Below are positions 1 to 13,061 of a stretch of DNA of 64,000 bases, piece after piece. The stretch is from Sphagnum compactum (taxonomy: Eukaryota): contig OZ234493.1 of the NCBI GenBank assembly GCA_965153455.1, positions 30,742,213 to 30,806,212 on the forward strand, read 5' to 3'. The notes under the pieces were generated by a model. That model was not told the DNA's origin, searched no databases, and worked only from the letters and a program-made list of their open reading frames with translations. The stretch's first letter is position 1; the number at the start of each line of letters is the position of its first letter. A program made the position numbers and the translations under genes.

Positions 1-1433
1 TCCAAGTTCCACAAAATTCTAAACCTCGAGTCCAAATACCCCAAAATCTAACCCAGAACTTAGTCTTGAATCTAGCAACATTGTTCTTACATCTACTACT
101 TAAGAAGGGGAGGAATCTTACATCTATAAGTAGACATAATTTTCCTCCCGCACTTAAAAAGTAGGCATAAGATCACTCATCTCCTTGTGTGGTTCTTCGA
201 TGCCTAGACTAGCATAACCTTAGTCCATACTAGATTATGTATCTAAGTTGAACAACAGTTGTTAATCAAACAATTGACACTATAACAAACTCATCCTCTC
301 CGTGTATTTGTGCTTTTTTAACACTTTGACAATACATTCGATATTTGGTGTTGATACAGTCATTATATGATCTTATGCTGACATGATAACACATTATGAT
401 GATCGAGTCAAACATTGTATTATAATGCTATCGTAACATCATTATATCAATGATTGTATCTAACACTTAATTTTTAACACATCATTAAAATGTTGCAAGA
501 ACTCGTATTCATGGAAGGGACAAATTTGTGTTGAGTTTTGAGTAGGTTTTTGAACCCAGGTCTTTGATGTTTTAGAACCCCAGTTAATCGTCAAACCAGG
601 TCTATGATCTTTGTCACGTGTTAGAACCAATTCTTTGATTTCCAAAGAATTGCCAGTCAGGTCCAGGGTACACATATACCCTTCCCTCACCGGCCAGTTC
701 CAGGTTCCAAAAAGAGAGAACTGCCCAGAACTGCCCAGAATCGCTGGAAAGGTCACTGCGTTGTCTTCTGTTTTCACCCATTGCATCAGAACCTGGACGT
801 TATTTTCCAATTGACTTTCAACAATAGCCTGAGCTTGACCGGTGCATACCCACCAAAAAATCTGTTCCATGCAAGGCTGCAATCTCTATAAGCAGTCTAA
901 AAAGAATGAAGATGATCTTTCCATGTTCAGATTGTTGTCAGATCTGCACCCAAACTGTGGCTGCACCTAAGAGTTTTCTGCCAAAACAAGAGCAAAATGC
1001 CTGGAAAACCAAGGACTCCCATGCAGAGTTAAAAATTTCTCTAAGACTTGACAGTGCTGATCTGTACACAGAAATGAGCCTTTGTGATAGCCAAATAGGC
1101 CTGAAAGTGGGGTACCCTTGCAGCTTGGCCTAATGCCGATTGAGGATAAATTGGCAGCCTATCAAGTCCTCGACGTGGTGTGACTCTGAAAATCAGTCAA
1201 AAGAGTAGAAATTATCGTCAAATCCAGCGTGAAATTTACAACAAACCTACCTCTAAATGTGTAGCCAAAGATTGCCGAGGTAATGACCATGGCACATGTC
1301 AGCAGCTCTCCAGATATTGAACTTTTTTACCTCCTGCTCCCTGGCACAAAATGCTACAACCACCTTCTTTTGTTAATCCATGTACTTCAATTTAGTTGAT
1401 TTTACTCCCATCCATGTGTTCAGCCCCTGTACT

Positions 1434-2030
1434 TCAGTTGAGTTGATCACTAGCAACCAGGTCTTCAACATAGTCGTACAACACTTGATCATACAATTTC
1501 TTGATCCGTTCCAGGGCTCGCTCCTTGTCCTTTTCTGAGGCTGTGTCCAGTTGAAAGTTTGCCCCAATGAATCGTTCAAATCCAGAATCTGCATCAAACT
1601 GCCAAACACACCACATAAATTTACTGTTCACAATTTTCTCACTGAATCTATGTCCAAATGGTGATGATTCCTGGTTGAAGAAAATGATGGGACTGCTTTT
1701 GATTCAATGAATATGCCACCACCCATTTGAACAGCAAGAAACGTGCACATGCCACAGGAATAGTGAACTACCTGGGCTCGTCCACCAGCCTCAAAAGCTA
1801 ACTTTGCCAAGCTACAAAGATCCACTTTATGGCCAACCACCTGAGGTTTCCCGGTCGGCACTGGCTTGCCTTTGGCCCGCAAATAATCATATACTGTCTT
1901 CACTGCAAATCTCTGGTCCTCAATAGGCGGTGCTCCTGTCACTTCATAAGAGTTTTCCCACATTATTTGGATGACCACCTGTACAACCTTCTTGATGACT
2001 ATACACAAATCAAACTCCCCCCCTGACCCA
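1434..2030 (-). CDS. Putative small ARID/BRIGHT-domain protein or pseudogene. Exons ~2030-1772 and 1598(or 1670)-1434.
   Basis: Joining donor CAG|GTAGTT (1771) to acceptor TTGGCAG|TTT (1598) gives VYDYLRAKGKPVPTGKPQVVGHKVDLCSLAKLAFEAGGRAQ-FDADSGFERFIGANFQLDTASEKDKERALERIKKLYDQVLYDY. This fits the ARID pattern (G.P....P...G..VDL..L......GG...; L/I K..Y...L..Y). Confidence 0.6.
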
Positions 2031-4132
2031 CTGCAAACTTTATGCCCATGTGAATGGCCATTAGATAACTATTAGGTGTTGACAATTGCAGCACCAAGAA
2101 CTAGAAGCTATCAGAAGGCAGGGAATGAAACAAAAGATAATTCCCTAGAAATACACCTTTTAAACAGCCCAGGTCCATTGAGGGGCATTAGATCTTCAAT
2201 CCTTTTGCCAGCAAAGATTAAAAATACTAGCTCTACCATTGCTAGTATGATTGCTGGCATGCTAGAAACACAAACTGGATATGGTTGCATTGCAACTAGT
2301 CCAAAAACATTCACATCTTGTGCAACAATTAGTGTTGTCAAACCCCTCAACCAACAGCACATGTGGTAATCAGCAGCCTCATTCAAAGTTACATAACAAT
2401 TATCATGGTGGTTGATTCCATAAGTTGGTTGATAATAGGCACTGCCAGGTCTCATCACATGGCTAAGTTCATGCTTGAAACAGTGAATGGCCCTTTGAAC
2501 TTACTAGTCAATGTGGATGTTAGGATGACATATCTTCATGAGTACTGAGGATCCCTGTGAATTTAGAAATTTAAGTCAACCTGAACAGAATTGAAATGAC
2601 CCAATCACAAGGACATAGATAGAGGTTTCAGTTCTTACAGCATATCAAGAAACAGGAAAAAGGGGAAACCCAAACCTAAAGAACAAAGGAAACAAAAATG
2701 ACTGAGGAGCAGTTTGAGCAACGGAAATGATCACACACGTTCAGAGACCTTCAGCATCAACATGTGCAGTACTGACAAGTTACCACAACATCCCCACTAC
2801 ATCAGCTCCTGGCAGTAAGTGGAGGTCCATGTCATACATCCATGAATGTTGAAACAACACAAGCTTTTAGTGATGCAGCTGACTACTTAACTGATTGTCA
2901 ATGTGTGCTGGCCCAGATGGTTCCTATCAACATTAATGGGGAGTTACAATTTCAGGAGCACACAAGAACATGGTACAATTCACCTCAAAGTACACAAGAA
3001 CAAATTGCACTATAACCTCAAAGTATTCTAATAATCCGAAACTGAAAACTGGGATGACTTTGACACCAAGGCTGTAAACTTTTCCAGAATAAAAAATGAT
3101 GGACACCAAGAAAACCAGATAAAGAGAAATGAGGGAAGAAAGAGTTTCAAAAACACAGCAATGAAAATGACATGAGAACATAAAGAAGAAGGTAGTTCAG
3201 CATAAACTATTATCTCACATAAGAATTGAGAAATCTCCATTCTCATGATTAAGAAAAGGCAAAGTGAGGTTAACGTTCTTCAGCCAGCCACAGAGAATTC
3301 CAAAGAAGGAAAGACAAACAGAGAACAAAGGACCAAGAAACAAAGAAAATGAAAGCAGTATGAACAACAGTGCCAGTCTCACACCTGTTCAGGTACCATC
3401 AACAGTAGCATAAACTATCAACAATAGTGACTCCTATATTTCAGCATTAACTATAGGAAGAGCGAAAAGGCTGAAGTTCCAAATAAAGAGAACTGCAAGC
3501 TCCTTCTAAGATGCAATATAGTTTTTTAAAGCAGAATACGTAAACTCACTATCTCAGAACGAACTCTCTTGAGACACAAAACCTTGGGAATAAGTAGATT
3601 GGTGGCTGATAATTCCTAATAAAGCTGGAGCTGAAATATGGGGATTAATCACAGGTGATTTCCTCCATACTGTGGTGGAGAACATTTGTCAAGAATGTTA
3701 ACATTCAAACCCTCTCGAATAGTGGAAAATCCAAATTCTTGAAAGAGCAATCACACACCAGACCCTAAACCCTAAACCCAAATTCACCAGTAGGCACTTT
3801 GAACTATCCACTGTCTAAAACAAAAGTTACTTGTTCAAGCCTCATCCTGACAAAAAACCACTTTCTGGGGTCACAATGTCCCAGGTCCATATTGTATGCA
3901 TGAGGGCATATCTATGAGACTGCAGAGAAAACTACACAACAACATTTTGAAGATAACATGACAATTAGGACAAATGTTTCTCTAGAAGATCAACTAACTC
4001 AGTTGCTCACTTCTTGTCATGATTGTGGATCAGTAATGAAGTGAGAAAGTTATCAAGTCACACTTCACCTCACATCACTATGCAGATAACATGCAAAGAA
4101 GACACAGGTCTTGGCTAAAATCACTGAACAGC

Positions 4133-6292
4133 TCAGAACTCCATGCCATGTCCTTTATAAAGTGTGGAAGAGCTCAGAGTCTTACAAGCATGTTGTGCTT
4201 GTTGTGCTTGGCTTGGCTCCAGCACCCCAAGCTCTCCATCCTGTGCAGCTGTCCAGCCAGGCTCATAAGCTTCCAGAAATGCCTGCTTGGCTTTGTTGGG
4301 CAGATCATGGGGATGAACAAAAGGAACACCTTGTGGCCAACCCATCTCTGCCCTCAAAATTGCGCATGGGCTTTCGGCTGCACTGAGGTGGTGCTCTTCA
4401 CATTCCTTCAAACTGCAGTACCGAACTTTGAGGCCTTTGCTGTCTGCAATCTCCTGGACTCGTTCTTTGAGGACTCGTTGGGCTTCAAGACGCAACCGCT
4501 TTGATGGAGCCAGTGGCTTCCCTCGAGAGACTTGTTTCCGCCGCTTCAGCACAGACTTCATTGACCCTATAGCAGGAACAAAAACTATTGAACAACTTTC
4601 AATCAGGTGCATGTATTGTATAGGTATCACAACCATACACAAGTGATGCTACATAACAGCACAGGCCTATTTCTTAGAATGAAATCCCCAACTGACAGGA
4701 GATCACCAAGAGATACTCACACCCCCTGTCATCCTCTTAGCACTCTTGTGAAGCGCAGAAAAGTTAAACAAATTCCGTTTCATTAGATTTGGGGTTCAGC
4801 ACCATTATCCCTCTGCCAACCTTCTACACCTCTCTTTCTGTTTCATTCTGAAGCTATTTGAGTTTGTAGGGACCCACCATCAAGTGGTGCTGGAAATGCA
4901 AAGCTAGGAACACCTGGGCGGCTGACAAGCTGCTCCATTGGTTGGGACCTCTGCATGAAATCATGGACAGAAATTGGCTGTTGGAAGGGACTCCCAACAG
5001 GATGGCCTGCAGCAGTCATGGCAGAACAATGCAGAATGGCTGAGGCTCGTGGCATAAGCTTGAACTCTATAGAGCAGCGTCCATAAGGGCTAGAGCCTTG
5101 CCCTTGACTGGCAATAACATTGTTGTCCATTCGATGAACAGAAGGACTAACATATCCTCCAGTTGCTTGATGAAGGCACAGTCCTGAATACAATACCATG
5201 TCATGTGGACCCAGGTCCACATCCACAACAATCCATCGCCCTTGAAGGTCACGAACTTGGAGGCCAGATTTGTCTGACTTGAATAAGGTCAATAGTCCTT
5301 TTTCAGCATCCTCTTCAAAGAGAGGCACATTACCTTGCTCACCAGTCAGAGGTACAGCTGCGTGTTGTGCCCCAGGTCTGCCAAGACATGATGAGATAGC
5401 CACATGTCAACATGGAGCTGAAGACAGTGCAAGGATATATATGGTTAACAAACTTCTACAGGTATTTAAATTGCCACCATGAATGCTCACCGGAAACTTC
5501 TTGATTGGGAATTCTCTTATTCATTTTCTCCAACTTGCTACATGATGACTCAAAACTCAATTTCATCATTCTCCCTACAGGGATGAAACTTGAAACCTAG
5601 ACACAGTTGTAACCATCAAGATCAACCTAACAATGGAAGAACTCATGGAACTCCCACCACACAACTCTAGTTCAGCAGTGACAATTAAGAAAGTATTTCA
5701 AAACTTGACAGTGTTTCAAAGATCCCAGAGTCTGCTTTTACCTATTGTGGCAGCTAGTTGACAGAACAGAAGTTGACATCTCTCCGGTCTGCAGTGGCAT
5801 GTTATCTAACAGATCTGTAAATGCAAAACTTCGAAGCTCCAGTGAGCAACCAATGGCATCGAGGATCACACGAGTTGCCTTCCCCAGCACAGCAAAAAGC
5901 TCAGGCAATCCTGCTGGTGGCAAGTCGGAGACATCAGCTCCATCAGCAGCAGCAGTGCGACCAGGGCGATAGTCGTAGACCTCTCTCAAACGCTGACTTT
6001 CTGCATAATAACCTACTGTTCGACTCCAATCTTGGGGATCCTCTGCGTGGATAGACTCTGGACCAACAATTGGCTTCTGATTGAAGAACATCCGCACTGA
6101 GTCAAGTACACAACGGAGCAGAACATCATCTCCAGGGGATAACTGAATGATGGCAGCATTGGAATTCCTCAGAGAATGTGCAAGCAATGTGACTGCCTGC
6201 TTGTAAGCATCAGAAGGAAGCCCATCAGCAGCAATCAAGTCCATCAGCCTCACACGGGCTGGGGATGAAGTGGTTGCTGCCATTGCGCCCAT
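4133..6292 (-). CDS. 2-oxoglutarate/Fe(II) oxygenase-superfamily-like protein (Arabidopsis AT3G12940-like). Exons ~6292-5742, 5377-4878 and 4566-4133; exon 3 may instead splice at 4186 to a terminal exon starting at 2580.
   Basis: Three ORFs join in frame through GT-AG introns (AATAG|GTAAAA...GGCAG|ACCT; GATG|GTGGGT...ATAG|GGTCA). Motifs RVRLMDLIAADGLPSDAYK, KSDKSGLQVRDLQGRWIVVDVDLGP, KPLAPSKRLRLEAQRVLKERVQEIAD and GWPQGVPFVHPHDLPNKAK match the recalled plant family. Confidence 0.88.
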
Positions 6293-7321
6293 GCACTATA
6301 TCCTTCTGATATGTGCGAGTCTCTCTATTTTCTCCAGCACAGAATCTTGCCAGTGCTTATGTAAAAGTGCACCTGTTGACAAAGCTAGATCTTACAAAAC
6401 CCTACAAGCTCCTAGTTCTTCACCCACTTCTTCTTCTTTCCACTTCAGATTTCAGAGCTCATGATTGCAACAGATCTGCTAACCCTAAACCTAAAACTGC
6501 TATCAAAAGATTCAGGAAGATGACAATGGCTGTGAAGTCTTTTGCCATTCTTCTTGCATCAAATATGCAATGCTCCTTGAGATTGAGTTCATCCAGAATT
6601 GCAGAATTGGCTAACCATAATGAGTCAGGAAAGCTCTTCCCCTTCCTTTTCTTGATGACCTAGGAGCTGCATGACTGCTTCTTCTTCCAGAGAAAAACCG
6701 AACATATGCTTGCATTCGAGCTTGGAAAAAAACTATCTCCCAGATGCTGTGCTGCTGCAAGGAAGGCATTTTTTCCCTTCCAACAACAGAAAGCCTTCTT
6801 TATACTCCTTGGACTATAAAACTCGTTCATCTATCTTTCACTCCTTTCAGCTTCCATCCCCTTTTGAAAACACTCGGTGCTCTTTCCATGCTTCCTATTT
6901 CTACCCCTCTTACCTCTCGGCATGTTGTTTCCTATGCTCGCTGTGCTGTTCTCGGCAAAAGAAAGACATTCGACAGCATTTCCAGCGTTGGTCGTCCGTC
7001 ACAAGGAAAACAGGATTCAGCTTTCCGTGCTGCTGCAGCATGTGTCACTAGTTTCTGTCCTCATCTCTTCTGAGTCTCCTCTTGTATCCGAGGATTACAC
7101 AAGAAAACAGTACCAAATGGAGACTTGTTTTTGGCAGCATGAAGAAGAGGAAGCGCATGACTCCCTGAGGAACACAAGGGATCCATCCGCCCTTTCAACC
7201 TTCAAAAGAAAGAAAGCGCACTCCTCCTCCCTCTCTCCCTCCGTCCCTGCCTCCCTCTCCCTCTTCAAAGAAACCAAAAAAAAGTTTCCCACCTCTTTAC
7301 TCCAACAAAATAACCAGGAGA

Positions 7322-7347
7322 CCCCCCCCCCCCCCCCCCCAAAAAAA

Positions 7348-7384
<37 letters not shown>

Positions 7385-7468
7385 CTTTCCGCAAACCAGA
7401 AACCTCCCGAAGAACTGCAGCGCAAAAGACAGCGATCGTCACACGCTCTCCGAAGTCTTGTCTCAACA

Positions 7469-7511
<43 letters not shown>
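7322..7511. repeat. Poly-C, (CA)n and (CT)n microsatellites in the presumed 5' leader/promoter of the oxygenase-like gene
   Basis: Visible runs at ~7322-7340, ~7353-7381 and ~7471-7511, next to a GC/CpG-rich promoter-like stretch at ~7590-7770. Confidence 0.85.
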
Positions 7512-7515
<4 letters not shown>

Positions 7516-10500
7516 CGGAATTGTTTTAGAGATTAAAAAAAAAATTTAAACAATTCTGTGTCACTTTCCTGGTGATGAGCTTGACTGCAAAAGCCCCGCA
7601 GCGCACGCAACGAAAAGCTTGCAGCGACTCGAGGAGACTGGACTGGGCGGGCCCGCGAGCAAGCGAGCGAGCGAGGGAGGGAGCGAGTCGCACGACGCAC
7701 GCACGCGAGTGCGCTGTGAGGAAAAGGAAGGAGCATTGGCGGGCAGTGCACGCGGGCCCTCACAAGGTCGGTAGGTAGGTAGGTAGATAGGGAAGTAGGT
7801 AGGTAAGTACATAGGTTCGCACTACTACAACCATAGGTACACGCACTTGCAATTTCTCGCATTGTTAGTTAATTAATTAATTAAGGCAACATAGTTGACA
7901 TTTTCGCCATTAAAGTTAGGGAGGAATTTGTCGTAATTTTACTATTAGCCTTTCTATTTAAAGACCTTTTTAAAAAATAATATTAATGTAATCCCCCAAA
8001 TTGTGACCTAATCAACAAGTATGAAGTCTTTGTATCCCAGTTCACATAACTAGGGTAGGTGCCCTCCTCCCCCTCCCCCCCCCCCCCCCCCCCCAAAGAG
8101 GGTCTTGCAAAAATGTGAGTAAATTAGACCCACTTTACACACTAGAAGTCAAGGCCAATGTTCAACTGAAATCAAGCATTCCTATTGGTCCAAAAGTTGA
8201 AATCAGACCCCAAGGGCCTTTAAACTAGGAGTCAAGGCTGAAATAGAAAAAAATTAAATTAAATTAAATCTTTTCAATCTGCCCCATGTTACTAATAAAT
8301 GCTGAACTTTTATGGCCTTTTTATTGGACCCAAGGCTGGAAAAAAAAAAGAAAAAGAAAAAGGAAACCATCGAATTTGGGAAGACAATTTGCCAATTTTC
8401 CAAAAAAAAAAAAAAAAAAATCTTTGATACCCGGGGGGTACTCGCCAAATACATGCCAGGTATCATGGGGGAAATTTTTTTTTATCTTTTAAAAAACTGC
8501 CCAAAACATCTATGACATGGGCTTAAAACAAGTCTTTTAAAAAAAAAATGGGCCAAATGGGCCAAATGGGCCAAAGTATTGTCCACAGTTGATGTTAAAT
8601 TTGGACTTCAATTTCTTAATTATTTGTTCTTATTATCATGATAATAGCATTTTTATTTTTATTTTTTTTATTTTTTGGGATGAAGTTTTTTTTGGTTTAT
8701 TTTGCCACATAATTAATTTAGAGAAAAACTTTGAAAACTTTGTGTTGTTTCTCAACAAAATAATGTCATCCCTTTTGCAAAACCAAAACAGAGTTTCTCC
8801 TCAAACACCGGACATCAATGTGGGTGATGGATGGTTTACATCCATCCACCCAAAGGCCAATTGGTCTAAGGCATTGGAGCCCACTAAAGAGGAGTTGCAA
8901 ATGATGAGAAAAATGCAACAAAGCTGAATGAATGAATGTATGAATGTATTTACTTAGACTACTAAAGTGTGAAGTGAGAAGTGCAATCCATAACAAAAAC
9001 CCTTGAATATGAGTGAACTTTGAGAGGGGAAAAAAACGGCTCATCATCCCATAATGGTTCTAGTCTTTGAATGGTTCCTAAGCATGTCACATGATGGTCT
9101 TATCATTTCTAATGGTTTTGTTTGATTTTATAAAACCATGTAACATGATGCTTAGGCAATTCGAATGCAAAATGAATGAATTCGAGGTGTCGGGAAAAGC
9201 CCTAGGGTTTGGCCATTCCAAGTATACCTATGGGTCTATGATGAGGTGGTGGTAGTCAAGTCTAATCTCACATCACATTTTGGTATGGTCCTCCACACAT
9301 GTGCTTTACCCATGATAAAGCATGAGCCAAAGGTTATCGTTAACTTGTGTAAATCACAATGCATATGAAGGGTGGGCCGGGGTTCTTATGTTTATTTCTA
9401 ACATTGATAACGTGGATCTTACCCATACATGTAAGGATAAGATCCCATTTTTAAGGATTAGGTGTAACATTTCTTTCCTTGTCTAGGAGGCATATTCATA
9501 GTGATAAGGTGTAATCCAAATACTTGGGCAACTTTTTTAATATAATAAAGAAAAATGAAGCTTAAGGAGGTCTCTAATTTTTAATCCACATATTGATTCC
9601 AAGTTCAAGCCAAAAGTTTAACCTAAAATCTACACTCATGTGTAGTTTTTTCCTTATAGCAAAGCCGAGAAGAAAAACCAATTGAGAATATGAGGTAAAC
9701 CTTCCAAAAAAATGACCAATTAGAGTGGAGATAAACAACACATGATGAAAGATTACACATGATCAATTTTCAAATTCAAAGTGATAAAAGTGGGCAAATG
9801 GGTTGAAACTTGAATGTGTTGTGAGGAAGATTTGTGTGATAATTATCAAAGGCAAGAATGCTTCTAGCAACAATGCACTAATGAAAGCTAAAAGGAAAGT
9901 GACATTTAAAATCACCCCTATGAATGGAAACAACGTTACAAATGGAAGTGCAAATGTGTGTGACAAATGTAATTTGACAACATGAGAGTGGGAAATTGTT
10001 GAACAAGCTATTTAACTATGTTGTGAAGGTGTTTGAAATTCTTGAATTGCTCAACCCACTTTTCCTACACATGAAATTATCTATTCCACCTTTTGTGTTT
10101 CGATGATCTCTTTCTAAAATATGTGCTTGATATAAGAACTATTGAAAAGAGCCATGGCATTGATTGCACCCAATGATTTTTAAAAAAGCATTGTCAAACA
10201 CATAGGATTAGATCATGTGATAACAAGAAATTTTGTATTGGTGTTTATGTTCAAAAGTTCCCAAGCTCAAGTGTTGGGGATAGAACAAATTTAATTGAAG
10301 TAGATCGACCATTGATTGAAAAATCCTCCAAAAAATGGTTTGCATGACAATAAAGAAACATTAATATATTTTTTTGATCTAGCCCCTCTGAAAAACTAGA
10401 CAAACATATTCAAGATTGATGGGTTGTTCTACCAATTGACGTTTGTATCTTATCAATCTTAAAACTCATAACCTTTGATCTAACCAACATTAATTAGCTT

Positions 10501-13061
10501 TTGATACTACTTAGATTTGTCCTTGTCTGAAATTGTCACCATACAATAGAGTTTAAATTATGTTTTTATGAATTTTCTCAAAACATTTTCTTTTTTGACT
10601 TTGATTTCTTGTTTATGTTATCCTCGTAACTTGTCAAGTCATGCTTCCATTCTTATGTGTCATTAAGCCTTCCCAAAATTTTCACGTATGCAACATTTGC
10701 CAAAGTTGAAAGTTGCCTAATTTTTACTTGAAATCCTAGAAATCTCAACATAGTAGACATTGCCAAATATTAAAAGAGTGAAAGGTGCCTTGCATTTGAA
10801 GATGACCAAATCGTTTTAAGGACACACTCATGGTGTTAGCAAACATGGACTCTATTTAGTGTGGTGTGGTGAAAAATTACAAATGGGGATCAAGTGGAAC
10901 CATACCATCTTAAAGGTGAAGGTTGATGGGTTGTCAACCACAAATTTATGGTCCTTTCATATCAAACATTGTGATCACACCCCCAAAGAATTTAAGTAAC
11001 TAGATTTGATTCAAAATTCCAAATTGGAACAATGTACAAAATTAATGATCATTTGATAGTGGAGGAGGATATGGCCAAATATGGGGAGTTGGGGACCAAA
11101 GAAGTTGAATGAGTTGTGGCGGGGAAAACAGGTGGAAACCCGAAATAGTCACACAATGCTTTGTAGATATGTATCTTTTACTTGCATCACAAAATGGTAG
11201 AAGGTTGCTAAAGAAACATGATACTAGCTACAATTCATGTGAAAGTTAGAGACCTAGCAAAAGAGCATTTTGTGGATTCAAGTAAAAGATGCACATCCAC
11301 AAAGCAACAATTCTTTATCATGGAATCCAAAGTGACATTGGGTGTAAGAGACACATTGTACTATGGAATAGGTAAATGACCGCCCATTATGGTGGCCCCT
11401 TGGTAAGCCATCCGAGGCAAAGCCCATTTGGACAACTTACCCAACATAATGGGTAGTCAGTTGCACATTCCATGATATTCACATTTTTGGGTGAATGATC
11501 CCATTGCATTGTGAGATCAACCTTTTTTCAATTGGCGAAATTAAGAATCAATTTTTTGAAAATGAAGTTATTTTATAAAGGTTTCAATCACCAGATTTTT
11601 ATATTTGGTTTTTAGTATGGAGCCAAAACTTATAAAAGTATGATTAAATATTTGTATTTCATATGTCGTTTATAACTAGAATGGACTAAATGTTTCTATG
11701 TATGATTGTCATTTTGGCTACATGAAAAATTTCCTAAAAAAACTCTTACAGAGATAACTGGTGAGAAAATCTTGGGCGCAATAGTTTGAAACTTTGTGGG
11801 AACATCATTGAATGTGAGAACGAAATAAGATAACATCCTTCATAATGAATAATCTATTCAAAATCAACTTACACCATGTAGTAGGTTGAGGAGCATGAAT
11901 GAGCTTCCTTTTCTTTTTTTTTGGCGAAATTTACCCAAAAAGCAAAATTAAACACGAAAAATTTGAAAATGAGGTGATAATTAGGATTTTCAATTGCCAA
12001 AAGACAGAGGAAAAAAAGAGTAAAAATCACCATGTTTTTATATTTGGCTCCAATATGTAGCCAAAAAATATAAGAGAATGATTAAAATTTTGCACCTTCA
12101 TATTTGGTTTATGGACAAGTTTGGCTAAATCTTCCTATGGATGATGATTACCATTTTTGGCTACATGACAAAAAAAAATTCACAAAAAATTTCACAAATG
12201 TTACCTAGCCTATTAAGTTTTTTTGGTTTGTTTTTTTGGTTGTCTTGGGAACAAAAAATGACATAATTATTCATCAAATATGTTAGCACACATCTAGGGA
12301 ATACACATGGTCACATGATGTATGTGACCATGGGTGGTGGTCCCCAGTTTGATGATGATGAGCCTGCAATTGTTGCACCTCAGAGCATCAGATACATACT
12401 TACTATGTACACTTATTACAGAGTGTGTGTGTGTGTTGACAACAGAGAGTCGATGGAGCTAACAATCATGCACTATAAAATGTGGCTGTTTTAAATCATC
12501 TCCCCCCCCCCACCCATCATCTCCCCAAAGAACTCAAGTAAATGCTACTAAAGTTGATCATAGTAGTTAGATCATAGCCATGGTTTTTGCCCTTTTCTTT
12601 TTTTTGTCTTTGCTTCTGATTTTAGTGTTCCAGAAATTGCAGCAGATTTGAATTATTTCTTTCACTGGAGTGACTATTTATTTATTTATTGATGTGTGAT
12701 CCTCTCTCATCATCCATCATGAATCATGAGGATCAATCAACCCTTTGATTTTGGTTTTTTAGACGAGTTTTTTTTAAGATTATGTTTTATTCATGTTGAA
12801 ATAGTTCATAATTCTTCTTTTGCCTTCAGATACTTTTTTATTGTAAATGGCAAGGTCACAGTGTGACACACCCATTGTTTTTATTTATTTTTTAATTTGC
12901 ATGTTAGCTGAGGTGGTCATCAATCCATAAGATGATTAAAGAAAATCTGGATACCAAATAGAAGGAGGGGTAGTAATAGTTATCCTCTTGTTGTAAGGCA
13001 ACCAAACATTTTAATTTTTAGGCATCAACTTGTGCTATAAAACCACAAACTATTTAAGTTA

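Noticed and set aside
6671..7862. Several 100-200 aa ORFs upstream of the oxygenase-like gene
   Set aside because: They run through microsatellites and GC-rich promoter/leader sequence and have no protein-like features.
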